Below, piece after piece: positions 51,709 through 63,519 of a stretch of DNA of 64,000 bases. The DNA is from Macrostomum lignano (Eukaryota): assembly GCA_002269645.1 (NCBI GenBank), contig NIVC01000551.1, positions 310,001 through 374,000 of the forward strand. Direction: 5' to 3'. Under the pieces are notes generated by a model. The model did no database searches and was not told the origin of the DNA. It saw only the letters and a program-made list of their open reading frames with translations. The number at the start of each line of letters is the position of its first letter. The stretch's first letter is position 1. The position numbers and the translations under genes are program-made.

Positions 51709-52131
51709 TGGGTTACTCGTCATCGTGAAGTCTCATCAGTTTCATATGCGATTATCGTAAAAAGCCAGAAAAATATTTCGCGAATGCGTCATTCATCATA
51801 AATACGAGTACTTCATCAATGCACCATTCATCATGAGTACGAGCAGTTCGCCAATGCGTCATTCAAGAAATTCGTTAATGCGTCATTAAGTCATTTTAAT
51901 CGCATCTTCATCGAAGTTTTGACGAGAATCAAATTTTGCCTACAAAATCTATGCATCGGTGGAGGGTATTCGGACTGGCATCCGGTGACAACTCGAATTT
52001 GCGCTGGGACTTTACGATGCAGGGTACCGCGGGCCACGGTCCGAGGAGATGACGCTCTGGCAAGAGGGGAGCAGGAGTAGAATCTGGAGTCAGGGACAGT
52101 GTGTCGCAGGTTTGAGTACGTTGCTTTGCAG

Positions 52132-53641
52132 ATGGATTTGTACGCTGTCCTCCAAGTCGGACACACAGCCGAACGTGCCGAGATCAGGCGAGTCTATCGA
52201 CAGCTAGCGCTCTTCTGGCACCCGGACAAGCACCCGGACAAGGAACTCGCAGGACGCCGTTTCCAAGAAATTGAGACTGCTGGTAGAATTCTATCGTGTC
52301 CATATCGCCGACCAGTTGGGCGATAAATCAATCCCGTATGACGAGGCTGTAACCTTCGCAATGACGTTCATACCTCCTACTGGTGTAAGAATGCCGGCGG
52401 ACATCGAAGAGGGAGTACAGCAAAGGCGAGAAGTTGAAGAAGCTCAGCGCAAGGAAGCTGGTCTCAGGCAGGGGAGACAGGGACAGAGGAACGATTACGA
52501 AGCGGATGGCTACATTCTAATCTCGGACGACGATGAGAGCGAGGAGTCGGATGAATGTAGCATCGACACAGAAGAAGAAGACGAGTGGCTGGCATCGGAT
52601 GGCTCCTCCGGAAGTAGTGAGTCAGAAGCTATGGAGATCGATGTACCGGAAAGCAAGGAGGTTGTCTCACATCGCGCGTCGGGAGCAATATGGGATGATG
52701 AAAAGCTGTCGTTATCGGCAGCTGCGCGTCAGCTCCGCCATCGTTTGATGAAGCATATTTTGGCTGGACAGTCGGACGGAATCGTGTCAGTGCTCACGGC
52801 TATGAGACGGCTGTTTCGAGACTCGCAGCGAGAACCGAGGAGCGCACTGTCAATGGTCCTGCTGCAGGCGTTGTTCTTCATCCGCAGAGATATCGCTCCG
52901 GTAAAGCGTCAGAGAGCAGGCCGCCGTTACTGGTCTAGGCAGAGTTTTGATTGTTTCGTCCGACAGCTCTGTCACGAGCTCATCCCGCTGTTCGGTTTGC
53001 GCCGGCCCGGCAGGCTGCTCGAGGTCCTGAAAAGCTGCGTCGGTCTCCCTGGACTTCGGGTTCGCTGGGGTGCCCAGTTCCGATTCATACTGTATTTTCT
53101 GCTTACTTGTATGTATGTTGTTACGCTCGTACTGTATGGGTTTATTTGCATGCTAGTGGGGTCAAGCTTCCTGGGGGAATGGCTCAGCAGCTGGGCGGCG
53201 GCCACGTGCGCTTCCTGCCGGCTTCTGCGGCGGCCACCTGCGCTTCCTGCCGGCTTCTGCGGCGGCCACGTGCGCTTCCTGCCGGCTTCTGCGGCGGCCA
53301 CCTGCGCTTCCTGCCGGCTTCTGCGGCGGCCACCTGCGCTTCCTGCCGGCTTCTGCGGCGGCCACGTGCGCTTCCCGCCCGGCCATCTGCGCGCCTCGCC
53401 CGGCCGCCTTCGCATCTTGCCGGCCACCTGCGTGCCCTGCCGGCCATCTGCGCGTCCTGTCGGCAACCTGCGCTTCCTGCCCGGCCATCTGCGCGTCCTG
53501 TCGGCAACCTGCGCTTCCCGCCCGGCCATCTGCGCTTCCTGCCGGCCACCTGCGTGTCCTGTCGGCAACTTGCGCGTCCCGCCCGGCCATCTGCTCGTCC
53601 TGCCGGCCGCCTGCGATGGTTTTCTGTGCCGCCAGCTTTGA
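52132..53641 (+). CDS. Element A ORF3: J-domain (DnaJ) + acidic region + hydrophobic segment; one +1 frameshift near 52310
   Basis: MDLYAVLQV...EIRRVYRQLALFWHPDKHP...FQEIETAGRILS is a J-domain with HPD (52219-52227); acceptor ttgctttgcag directly precedes the ATG; continues in ORF 52271-53641. Confidence 0.75.
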
Positions 53642-53859
53642 AAGCCTATTCCGTGCCCCGTGGTTGCTCCTGACGAACTCGCGTGCAGAATACTAGTACC
53701 TTTTTCATATTTCTCTTGCGGCAACCTTTTTTTTGCTTTTCCCTGTTGCATTAGTTTGTTCCCAATTTTTTTGTTGTTTTTGATAGTTTATTTCGCTTTG
53801 TTATTTCAAAATTTTTTGTCCCAGTCGCCGTGGTTCGAGCTCCGCCCTGTTTTTCTTGT

Positions 53860-53871
53860 AGGAGGGGAGGG
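53860..53871 (+). promoter_or_regulatory. Polypurine tract of element A
   Basis: aggaggggaggg immediately before the 3' LTR. Confidence 0.85.
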
Positions 53872-54736
53872 TGTAGTGCATGCGCCCTTGTCAGTTGGCA
53901 GGGCGCGTTGCACTTTGGGGCTGGTTGGGGGGGTTGGCGGGCGTGGCAGGGTTTGGCCGCCGGCCGGGCTTTGCGCGTGCCCCTCCCCAGCCGTGCCCCT
54001 GCCCCGTGCTCAGGGCTGGTTGGCTGCGGCCGGGCCAGCTTTGGCGCGGGTGCAGCCCCTCCCCCCTTAGGCGGGGTTTTGATTGGCTGGGCCGGCGTGG
54101 TTTGTTTTGGTGAGCTTAGCCGGTGGGGCCGTCTGCCCCAGGGTTTGGGTGCTATTTATGGTGCGACTCTGGCTCTTGCCCGCCACCTGCGTGCTTTTTG
54201 TGTTTTGGTGTGCTCCGAGAGTGCAAGCGCGAGACCTGATAAAAGAAACAGCAACATTAGCTACTTCGATAAAAGAAAGACAATAGCCTAATTGAGAAGA
54301 GTCTTGGAGAATTAAGAAGAAGTCGGAAACTGCGCTTGAGACCTGTGAATAATAAACGGTGAACAGTCATCTGGCCACTGGTAAGCCGCCTGCTGTTTGA
54401 GTCCTTTCTTTTCGGGAAGCTTGCTAGGCCGAATTCTTGCCAGAGCGTCATAACGCCGGGAGACCATATAGCTTCTGTAGTACGGTACCGTTTACCATAT
54501 ATTGCGTACGCCCTACGGTATAGAGAATAGAAGCACTCGAGAGTGTCACCACACCTCGAGCCGCAGCGTGAACTCTGAGTGTCACAACACCAGAGGGATC
54601 AAATTATTATCGCAGAGCGTCGCCACGCCTGCTCGTCGTATTCATAAAAGTACAGACAGAGCGTCACAACGCCTGTTATATCACATATAATATATATTGT
54701 ACTCGGGACTGGGCACCCAAGCCGACCCGGGTTACA
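53872..54736 (+). repeat. Element A 3' LTR
   Basis: Direct repeat of 34254-35118. Confidence 0.95.
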
Positions 54737-55281
54737 AGTTCAAAGTTGAGGTTAAGATCAAGGAATAGGGCCTTCTTAAGCCTAATTTAAAATTGTAAGG
54801 CCAATGCAAAACGCGACACGACACTAGCAGTAGACATGTTAAATGTTAAGATAGAGCCTGACTATTACTTCTCACTCAATTTCTGTCTGCCAAATTATGT
54901 GGAACATCTCATACCCACCCTACCGTTAAACGAACGTTCCCTCAAAAGGGGGTGATACATTTACTCCATTGGCGCATAGAAAATTTTAATTTATTTAATT
55001 AAATTATGATACTCCATCGATTATTTAGTAATGATTACGGTCCTGGGCGGCTCGCCGGGCGGTAAGTATCAATTAAGGCTGACAGGATCATTGGTAGGCA
55101 CTACATGTACATGCAAGTGATTGATTTCTATAAGATATGCTCTGAGGCCCAAGCAGCCTCCAATCAAGGCCTGAAGAAGGCCGAATCCATAAATCTCAAT
55201 GGAGGTATATTTATTAGTCATTAATCAGTTCAAGAAGCTTAACACAGTTATATGCACGCTGTAAGCTGTGATTTCTATCAA

Positions 55282-57009
55282 TTAGCGGCATTTGTACTCG
55301 GGGACTGACTTTGTCTGGTAATTTGCATTGGAGCACAAGCAAAACCGCCTCCGGCCACGCCACGGAAACCAGCAGCTGCTGTACCAGTAGTTCTTCCACT
55401 TGCCCCAGCCACACTTAGCAGTGTCGTATTGATAGTCCTGTGCGCTGCCTGCCGGCAAGGCGCTGGTCGATGTATTCACAAAGCAGTCAATCACTGTGCG
55501 GGTCCTCTTGCGCATTATTCGACCTACCGAGCAGTCGCGGTACCAGCTGTCCCAGCTCAGCCAAGGGCACCAGGCTGAGTAGATGGTGCTCACCTCCTGG
55601 CTAACATTCGAACCAGCCTGAGCAGCAGCCTCTTTACCTGAGCAGCCGCATTGCCTGCTGCGCCTTCTCGTAAATCGCGTGTTATACTTGGGCGTATAGA
55701 AGTAGCTGCGGTGGTACAACCACCACTTAGAGTACCCGCGATCGTCTGTCCAAACGCTCCAGCTTTTCCAGTTGCACCAGTGCCATGCCTTTACAGATCG
55801 TAAAAAAATTGCACTTGTACTTGAAAGCATTAGGACTGCTGTGATTGGTTTTAACAAATCACGGCACTGTCAACTCACCTGGGTGATGTTCTCAACTGCG
55901 GCCGTCTCGATGGTCTCAGGCGGCCTGTCAATCGGGCAGCGGCAGCTCCTGGACCGGTGCCTGCTGTTCCAGTTCCCACAGACCCGGCTGCCTTCGGACG
56001 AGTCGGTGGCCCACTCGGACCACTGGCACCAGCTGATGAAGCTGCCCTGCGTCTGGCTTTTGTCCTTCGCGCCCTGACACCAGCCGCTCACGAAGACCCC
56101 TTCGTCAGTGGGGCAGGTGCACTGGCGGACGCGGGTTCGATTCACAAGCGCGTTGCAGATGTCGGAATCTCCGGTCGCACCAGAGGCGGTGGCCCAGTTG
56201 GTCCAGGACTGCCAGGTGCAGATGTCTGAGCAGGAGAAGTCGGTGTGCTTTCATAAATCAAAGTATACAGGAAACAGCTCGATTAAAGACCCACTCACCG
56301 TGTTACAGAGTGACAGAAGACCCACTCACCGTGGTACAGAGTGACAGAAGACCCACTCACCGCGGTACAGAGTGACAGAAGACCCACTCACCGTGGTACA
56401 GAGTGACAGAAGACCCACTCACCGTGGTACAGAGTGACAGAAGACCCACTCACCGCGGTACAGAGTGACAGAAGACCCACTCACCGTGGTACAGAGTGAC
56501 AGAAGACCCACTCACCGTGGTACAGAGTGACAGAAGACCCACTCACCGTGGTACAGAGTGACAGAAGACCCACTCACCGTGGTACAGAGTGACAGAAGAC
56601 CCACTCACCGTGGTACAGAGTGACAGAAGACCCACTCACCGTGGTACAGCTTGACGAAGGCGGCTTCCCCAGCCGTGCCGTTGCCAGTCCAGTAGGTCTC
56701 GAACTGTCCCTGGTCAGCCAGGTGGCACAGGCCCGCACTGGCATTGAAGTAGTACGCGTGGCAGAAAGCCCACGCTCTGCACTTGGTCGCGCACTGGAGA
56801 CTCCCCAGCAAGCTGGCGTTCATCCCCACCGGACCCACCAGCTTGATGGAGCCCGGACTCAGCGCCACGGCTGAGACCGCGGACTCGTTGGGACCGCCGA
56901 TTCCCGACGGCAGACGATCAGACGCGTTGAAGTTGAACTCCCTGACTGTGGAAGCGTCGGTCAGCCGTGCCGCAGTCAGGAGTAATAAGGTCGCCACCGA
57001 GAGGCCCAT
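55282..57009 (-). CDS. Secreted PAN/apple + thrombospondin-type-1-like (WxxW..R.R.C) repeat protein; exons 57009-56640, 56225-55879, 55788-55282; 407 aa
   Basis: Signal MGLSVATLLLLTAARLTDA; CATKCRAWAFCHAYYFNASAGLCHL (PAN); repeated CxWxxWxxW...RxRxCxC; GT-AG introns are phase-compatible. Confidence 0.8.
56287..56649 (-). repeat. 31-bp tandem repeat that duplicates the exon 1 / intron 1 donor site (12 copies)
   Basis: Minus-strand unit GTGAGTGGGTCTTCTGTCACTCTGTACCACG. Confidence 0.95.
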
Positions 57010-57884
57010 CAGGCTGTGCTTGCTGAAGTTGCCGATTGCTGTGTTGCTAAAAGACAAAACTTTTCTCTCCTGCTTCTGGCCCGTCTCCCGCCCCGGGCTC
57101 AGGTGTTTTATGCACCGGCTTGATGCGTCTCTTTGTTTTGTTGGTTGCCATGGAAACAGCGCTTTTGGGCGATTCCGCGGGCGGCTACGGAGGTGGGAGA
57201 AGCCGAATAATCGCCCAATAAGTTGACGTGACTCAGGCCAACATCATTACTAAGTGACAATCATTACTCGAGTGGCAAGACCCGTCGACTTTTTCATTGT
57301 ATCCCCTCGCATTCTGGATCACTTATCAGAATGTGGCATTCAAACACTTGTCCCTTTCACCCTCTCAACCAAGGCATCGCACCTGAGGGGCCAGGTCGCT
57401 CCTGATTGACAGTTGGATGTAAATGTAATGTGAGTGCTCTCTCACTCTCTCTCTCTCTCTCTCTCATGTTCAGACGGCCACAGTTGTAACCTGATCTCGG
57501 ACCCTAGTTGTTGCCATGCGGACATGCGAAAGTAGTCAGTAGAAATTTAAAACGCATGGCCCCATTTCATTCAATGCAACGCTGCCTCCATCTGCCGCTT
57601 GATTGCTGATCTGAGCTGAGGCGAGCAGATCCAGAGACTCACGCAGGTCTCGTAGTTGCCGATGGCTGGCTTCGCTACCAGCACCCGGTACTCGGCGAGG
57701 TCGCTCCCTGCCGGAGTCTGCGGCTTTGTCAGTCGCCATGGCAACGCAGATGATCAGCAGAGAATGGATTTCTTTTAGCAGATAGCTGAATATTGCCATT
57801 CTACTGGGAGATGCCCTCCTGTAGCATTGCTATAATGACTTCATTTTAGGCGCGGGATTCTGTACTTTTGTTCGTGTACGCACT

Positions 57885-58015
57885 CCCCTGGGAATGGGGT
57901 CCCTGGGAATGGTGTCCCTGGGAATGGGGTCCCTGGGAATGGTGTCCCTGGGAATGTTGTCCCTGGGAATGGGGTCCCTGGGAATGTTGTCCCTGGGAAT
58001 GGGGTCCTTGGGAAT
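57885..58015. repeat. 15-bp minisatellite with CTGGGAAT core
   Basis: ccctgggaatggggt units. Confidence 0.9.
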
Positions 58016-58104
58016 CGTGTATCTAAAGTGCGAAATGGAGTGCTAAATGGAATTGAGTGCTGAAAATGGAGCGCTGTCCATTTTCGCCGTCAGTTTGGAG
58101 TGCG

Positions 58105-58423
58105 CCGTCAGCAGTTTGTCTACCTCGGCGGTCTCGTGCCTGACGTTTGCGAGGACCTGCGATGTCGCCGTTGACTTGTCTGGGCTGTTTTCCGTTCCGT
58201 GAGGGCCGTCCTGCAGTCCTAGGCCCTGCCTGATTACGAGAGGCCAGCGTTGTTCCACGCGGTGATCGAGACCGTCCTGTTGTACAACGCCGAGACCTGG
58301 ATCCTGACAGATTCACTCGAACAGCAGGTAGATGAGGCGCACGCTGGCCTGCTGCGCGCCGCCTTCAAGATCGGCTACGAGCGAGTCACCAATGCGGCAC
58401 TCTATCGCCGCACCGGCCTGGCG
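58105..58423 (+). mobile_element. RTE-like fragment (left part), split by a hAT-like insertion; resumes at 62541-62705
   Basis: Homologous to 33435-33730 (cagtttgtctacctcggcgg...gagaccgtcctgttgtacaacgccgagacctgg). Confidence 0.85.
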
Positions 58424-58919
58424 CAGGGTGTCCGCGCGAAATTCAATATCAATTTCCAGGTTTTTCAAGGTTCAAATAAGTAAAGCTCCAGGTTGCTACT
58501 TGGTGTAGCTTTGAAACGTATGTACGCAGCGATTTTTCTTGATTTAGTGTTTCCTACTACGAACTGTATATTATATATTTCATAGTAAAAATGGGCCACT
58601 GTCAATGAGCAATCAACGAAAAGAAAAAGGGGACATGATCGGAAAAGATATGCAAAATTCAGTAAACGTTTAGCAAAGTTGCCACGTACTGTAGCAGCTC
58701 GTATCAGCACTGCAGGGCGCAAATAAGTGGAAAATTGGAAAGTAAAAAAATAGGTAAAATATACAGGCTATTGTCAATGAGCCGTCAATTGAAACTACAA
58801 GACTAACATTGAACGAAACTGAAACTCGTAAAATAGGACATAAAATGTGACATTTATGGAAGTGAAAATAAAGCAAAATATGCATGACAGTAAACGCTTC
58901 GCCAATGTTCAGCAAATAA

Positions 58920-59838
58920 TTATGGTCTTTTTAAGTACTTGTAACTAACTGTCGTCAGTTGCCAAATGTACTTAGGCGAGCCTTTTGCGCAACTCCTCGG
59001 CACGAGCTCGAGCTCCTGTTCGATTCGGAAAATCTCGTCAGTCGCTTTTCTCTTCTGGGATACGGTGACCGCTGTCTTCGATTTCTCCTCGTCTCGTTTT
59101 TCCTCCAAGGCATCACGGTAACGCTGCCTGGCCATTCTTACACTGGATAGAAGATTCTTGGATAGAAGCTACTGTTATAGTTGTTATAGTATCCTGGACT
59201 TGGCGCAGGGACACCAAAGAATCCTGCAGGAGGTTAGGCACCAGCATGTCCTTGTTCACGGAAAATCCACTTTCAACAGTGGCATTGCCATGTGACATGA
59301 TCAACACCATGCTTATCGGCTTCCAGAGCGCATCCCTGGCTGCTAGCTGCAAGCCATGAAGCGCACTTGCAGTGGCTTCTGCACCAGGAAGCAGGTTCCA
59401 GTAGAGCGTGTCTACTCGTTCACTCGCGGCATTAAATGCGGCCATTGTTCTCTGAACCTCTGGACTCTCCACAAAAGTCCCAAAACTGCGTTAAGCAAGG
59501 TCGCACCCATCTGCAGGTAGTCAATGACACTCCATGAGGTCCGTAAGTAGCATCCGAAAGCGCTGTTGGCTGACTTCTGGAGAGCTGCAAATGAGTGTTG
59601 GCGAGAGAGAGCTAGCTCCGCGAACAATTGAATATCGAAGAGGCGACTTCTCTGGAAGTTTTTCAATCAATTTGCAGTAGAACTGCTTGCATTCCGAAAG
59701 GAATTTCAGCTTGTCCTGCTCTGAAATCGTCTTCTCAGCAAGAGCGACACCCAATTCTTTTCGTGCGGCGAATCCAATGTCAATTAACTTTGCTGGCAAA
59801 GTAGCCTTGTCCAGTTCCAAATTCGCCAGATCCGACAC
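58920..59838 (-). pseudogene. Frameshifted C-terminal part of a hAT-like transposase
   Basis: LWKPISMVLIMSHGNATVESGFSVNKDML..NL.QDSLVSLRQVQD resembles the hAT C-terminal dimerisation region; spread over three frames. Confidence 0.7.
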
Positions 59839-60029
59839 GGAAGCCTTGGTGACAATCTGTTGCGTAAAATAATGGAACTTCAGCGACCAACAGTAAGAAC
59901 GATGACGCTCAGCTTCTCATAGAGAAAGACAAACATTGGCTTCTTTGTCTTTGTCTTCTTCCAGTTTTACATTACACAGATCATGGGAAGAATGATAATT
60001 CCAGGTTTCCCCTCCCACATTGGTCTATT

Positions 60030-62528
60030 TCCAGGTTTTTCTTCTGTTTTGGGGCGTTTCCAGGTTTTTTTGCATTTCCAGGTTTTCCAGGTTTTTCCAG
60101 GTTTTTTTGCATTTCCAGGTTTTTCCAGGTTTTCCAGGTTTTTCCAGGTTTTTTTTTGCATTTCCAGGTTTTTCCAGGTTTTTTTGCATTTCCAGGTTTT
60201 TCCAGGTTTTTTTTGCATTTCCAGGTTTTCCAGGTTTTTCCAGGTTTTTTTGCATTTCCAGGTTTTTCCAGGTTTTTCCAGGTTTTTTTGCATTTCCAGG
60301 TTTTTCCAGGTTTTTTTGCATTTCCAGGTTTTTCCAGGTTTTTCCAGGTTTTTCCAGATTTTTCCAGGTTTTTCCAGGTTTTTCCAGGTTTTTTTGCATT
60401 TCCAGGTTTTTCCAGGTTTTTTTGCATTTCCAGGTTTTTCCAGGTTTTTTTGCATTTCCAGGTTTTTCCAGGTTTTTCCAGGTTTTTCCAGGTTTTTTTG
60501 CATTTCCAGGTTTTTCCAGGTTTTTTTGCATTTCCAGGTTTTTCCAGGTTTTTCCAGGTTTTTCCAGATTTTTTCAGGTTTTTCCAGGTTTTTCCAGGTT
60601 TTTTTGCATTTCCAGGTTTTTCCAGGTTTTTTTGCATTTCCAGGTTTTTCCAGGTTTTTCCAGGTTTTTCCAGGTTTTTCCAGATTTTTCCAGGTTTTTC
60701 CAGGTTTTTCCAGGTTTTTTTGCATTTCCAGGTTTTTCCAGGTTTTTTTGCATTTCCAGGTTTTTCCAGGTTTTTTTGCATTTCCAGGTTTTTCCAGGTT
60801 TTTCCAGGTTTTTCCAGATTTTTCCAGGTTTTTCCAGGTTTTTCCAGGTTTTTTTGCATTTCCAGGTTTTTCCAGGTTTTTTTTGCATTTCCAGGTTTTC
60901 CAGTTTTTCCAGGTTTTTTTGCATTTCCAGGTTTTTCCAGGTTTTTCCAGGTTTTTTTGCATTTCCAGGTTTTTCCAGGTTTTTTTTCATTTCCAGGTTT
61001 TTCCAGGTTTTTCCAGGTTTTTCCAGATTTTTCCAGGTTTTTCCAGGTTTTTCCAGGTTTTTTTGCATTTCCAGGTTTTTCCAGGTTTTTTTGCATTTCC
61101 AGGTTTTTCCAGGTTTTTCCAGATTTTTCCAGGTTTTTCCAGGTTTTTCCAGGTTTTTTTGCATTTCCAGGTTTTTCCAGGTTTTTCCAGGTTTTTTTGC
61201 ATTTCCAGGTTTTTCCAGGTTTTTTTGCATTTCCAGGTTTTTCCAGGTTTTTCCAGGTTTTTTTGCATTTCCAGGTTTTCCAGGTTTTTTTGCATTTCCA
61301 GGTTTTTCCAGGTTTCCCAGGTTTTTCCAGGTTTTTCCAGGTTTTCCGGGTTTTTTGCATTTCCAGGTTTTTCCAGGTTTTTTTGCATTTCCAGGTTTTT
61401 CCAGGTTTTTCCAGATTTTTCCAGGTTTTTCCAGGTTTTTTTGCATTTCCAGGTTTTCTAGTTTTTCCAGGTTTTTTTTGCATTTCCAGGTTTTTCCAGG
61501 TTTTTCCAGATTTTTCCAGGTTTTTCCAGGTTTTTCCAGGTTTTTTTGCATTTCCAGGTTTTTCCAGGTTTCCCAGGTTTTTCCAGGTTTTTCCAGGTTT
61601 TCCGGGTTTTTTGCATTTCCAGGTTTTTCCAGGTTTTTTTGCATTTCCAGGTTTTTTGCATTTCCAGGTTTTTCCAGGTTTTCCAGGTTTTTTGCATTTC
61701 CAGGTTTTTTGCATTTCCAGGTTTTTCCAGGTTTTCCAGGTTTTTTGCATTTCCAGGTTTTTTGCATTTCCAGGTTTTTCCAGGTTTTCCAGGTTTTTTG
61801 CATTTCCAGGTTTTTCTAGGTTTTTCCAGGTTTTTCCAGATTTTTCCAGGTTTTTCCAGGTTTTTTTGCATTTCCAGGTTTTTCCAGGTTTCCCAGGTTT
61901 TTCCAGGTTTTTCCAGGTTTTCCGGGTTTTTTGCATTTCCAGGTTTTTCCAGGTTTTTTTGCATTTCCAGGTTTTTCCAGGTTTTTCCAGATTTTTCCAG
62001 GTTTTTCCAGGTTTTTTTGCATTTCCAGGTTTTCTAGTTTTTCCAGGTTTTTTTGCATTTCCAGGTTTTTCCAGGTTTTTCCAGATTTTTCCAGGTTTTT
62101 CCAGGTTTTTCCAGGTTTTTTTGCATTTCCAGGTTTTTCCAGGTTTCCCAGGTTTTTCCAGGTTTTTCCAGGTTTTCCGGGTTTTTTGCATTTCCAGGTT
62201 TTTCCAGGTTTTTTTGCATTTCCAGGTTTTTTGCATTTCCAGGTTTTTCCAGGTTTTCCAGGTTTTTTGCATTTCCAGGTTTTTTGCATTTCCAGGTTTT
62301 TCCAGGTTTTCCAGGTTTTTTGCATTTCCAGGTTTTTTGCATTTCCAGGTTTTTCCAGGTTTTCCAGGTTTTTTGCATTTCCAGGTTTTTCTAGGTTTTT
62401 CCAGGTTTTTCCAGGTTTTTTGCATTTCCAGGTTTTTCCAGGTTTTTTTGCATTTCCAGGTTTTTCCAGGTTTTTTTGCATTTCCAGGTTTTTCCTGGTT
62501 TTTTTGCATTTCCAGGTTTTTCCAGGTT
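60030..62528. repeat. ~2.5-kb CCAGGTTTTT / TTTGCATTT minisatellite inside the transposon
   Basis: Mixed 9-10-bp and ~22-bp units. Confidence 0.97.
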
Positions 62529-62540
62529 GCGGACACCCTG

Positions 62541-62705
62541 CTGGCGACTCCAACTGGCAGGCAATTTCATCCGAGCCGAGTCGTACTGCCCACAGCCGGT
62601 GCAGGAGGTGCTGCTGCTGCTGACGCTGCAGGCACCCTACCGGCGGGGGCAGGCGCGCACTCAGCGTTTCGTCGACTGCCTGCTGGCTGATGCCGGCTCG
62701 GAAAC
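62541..62705 (+). mobile_element. RTE-like fragment (right part)
   Basis: gcgactccaactggcaggc...ccggtgcaggaggtg...ttcgtcgactgcctg matches 33760-33900. Confidence 0.85.
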
Positions 62706-62809
62706 TGTCGGCAGTGCGGCCTACGTTTGCACACAGGCATCGAAACGCTCCCAGTGACATTGTCTCACGCATGAATGGCTGGCAATGCACTTTGTTGATG
62801 TTGAATGGA

Positions 62810-63478
62810 GGGGTGGGAATGGAGAGCTGGGAATGGAGAGCTGGGAATGGAGAGCTGGGAATGGAGTGCTGGGAATGGAGAGCTGGGAATGGAGTGCTGG
62901 GAATGGAGAGCTGGGAATGGAGAGCTGGGAATGGAGTGCTGGGAATGGAGTGCTGGGAATGGAGAGCTGGGAATGGAGAGCTGGGAATGGAGAGCTGGGA
63001 ATGGAGAGCTGGGAATGGAGTGCTGGGAATGGAGAGCTGGGAATGGAGAGCTGGGAATGGAGAGCTGGGAATGGAGAGCTGGGAATGGAGTGCTGGGAAT
63101 GGAGAGCTGGGAATGGAGTGCTGGGAATGGTGAGCTGGGAATGGAGTGCTGGGAATGGAGAGCTGGGAATGGAGTGCTGGGAATGGAGAGCTGGGAATGG
63201 AGAGCTGGGAATGGAGAGCTGGGAATGGAGAGCTGGGAATGGAGAGCTGGGAATGGAGAGCTGGGAATGGAGAGCTGGGAATGGAGAGCTGGGAATGGAG
63301 AGCTGGGAATGGAGAGCTGGGAATGGAGAGCTGGGAATGGAGAGCTGGGAATGGAGTGCTGGGAATGGAGGGGTGGGAATGGAGAGCTGGGAATGGAGAG
63401 CTGGGAATGGAGTGCTGGGAATGGAGAGCTGGGAATGGAGAGCTGGGATTGGAGTGCTGGGAATGGAGTGCTGGGAAT
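62810..63478. repeat. 15-bp minisatellite with CTGGGAAT core
   Basis: gctgggaatggag(a/t)g units. Confidence 0.95.
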
Positions 63479-63519
63479 AAGAACATGTTATTGCTGACTG
63501 TTGACTGTCATGAGCCATC

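Larger units (their letters stand above)
34254..54736 (+). mobile_element. Ty3/Gypsy LTR retrotransposon A (~9.85 kb without nested element B): gag, pol, J-domain ORF
   Basis: 865-bp TG...CA LTRs at both ends (offset 19618), tRNA-Lys PBS, PPT, gag/pol motifs. Confidence 0.95.
58424..62540 (-). mobile_element. hAT-like DNA transposon (4117 bp) with 12-bp TIR, 6-bp TSD, defective transposase and internal minisatellite
   Basis: TIR CAGGGTGTCCGC at 58424-58435 and reverse complement at 62529-62540; TSD CTGGCG at 58418-58423 and 62541-62546. Confidence 0.9.

Noticed and set aside
57536-57799. 87-aa minus-strand ORF
   Set aside because: No recognisable motif or splice support
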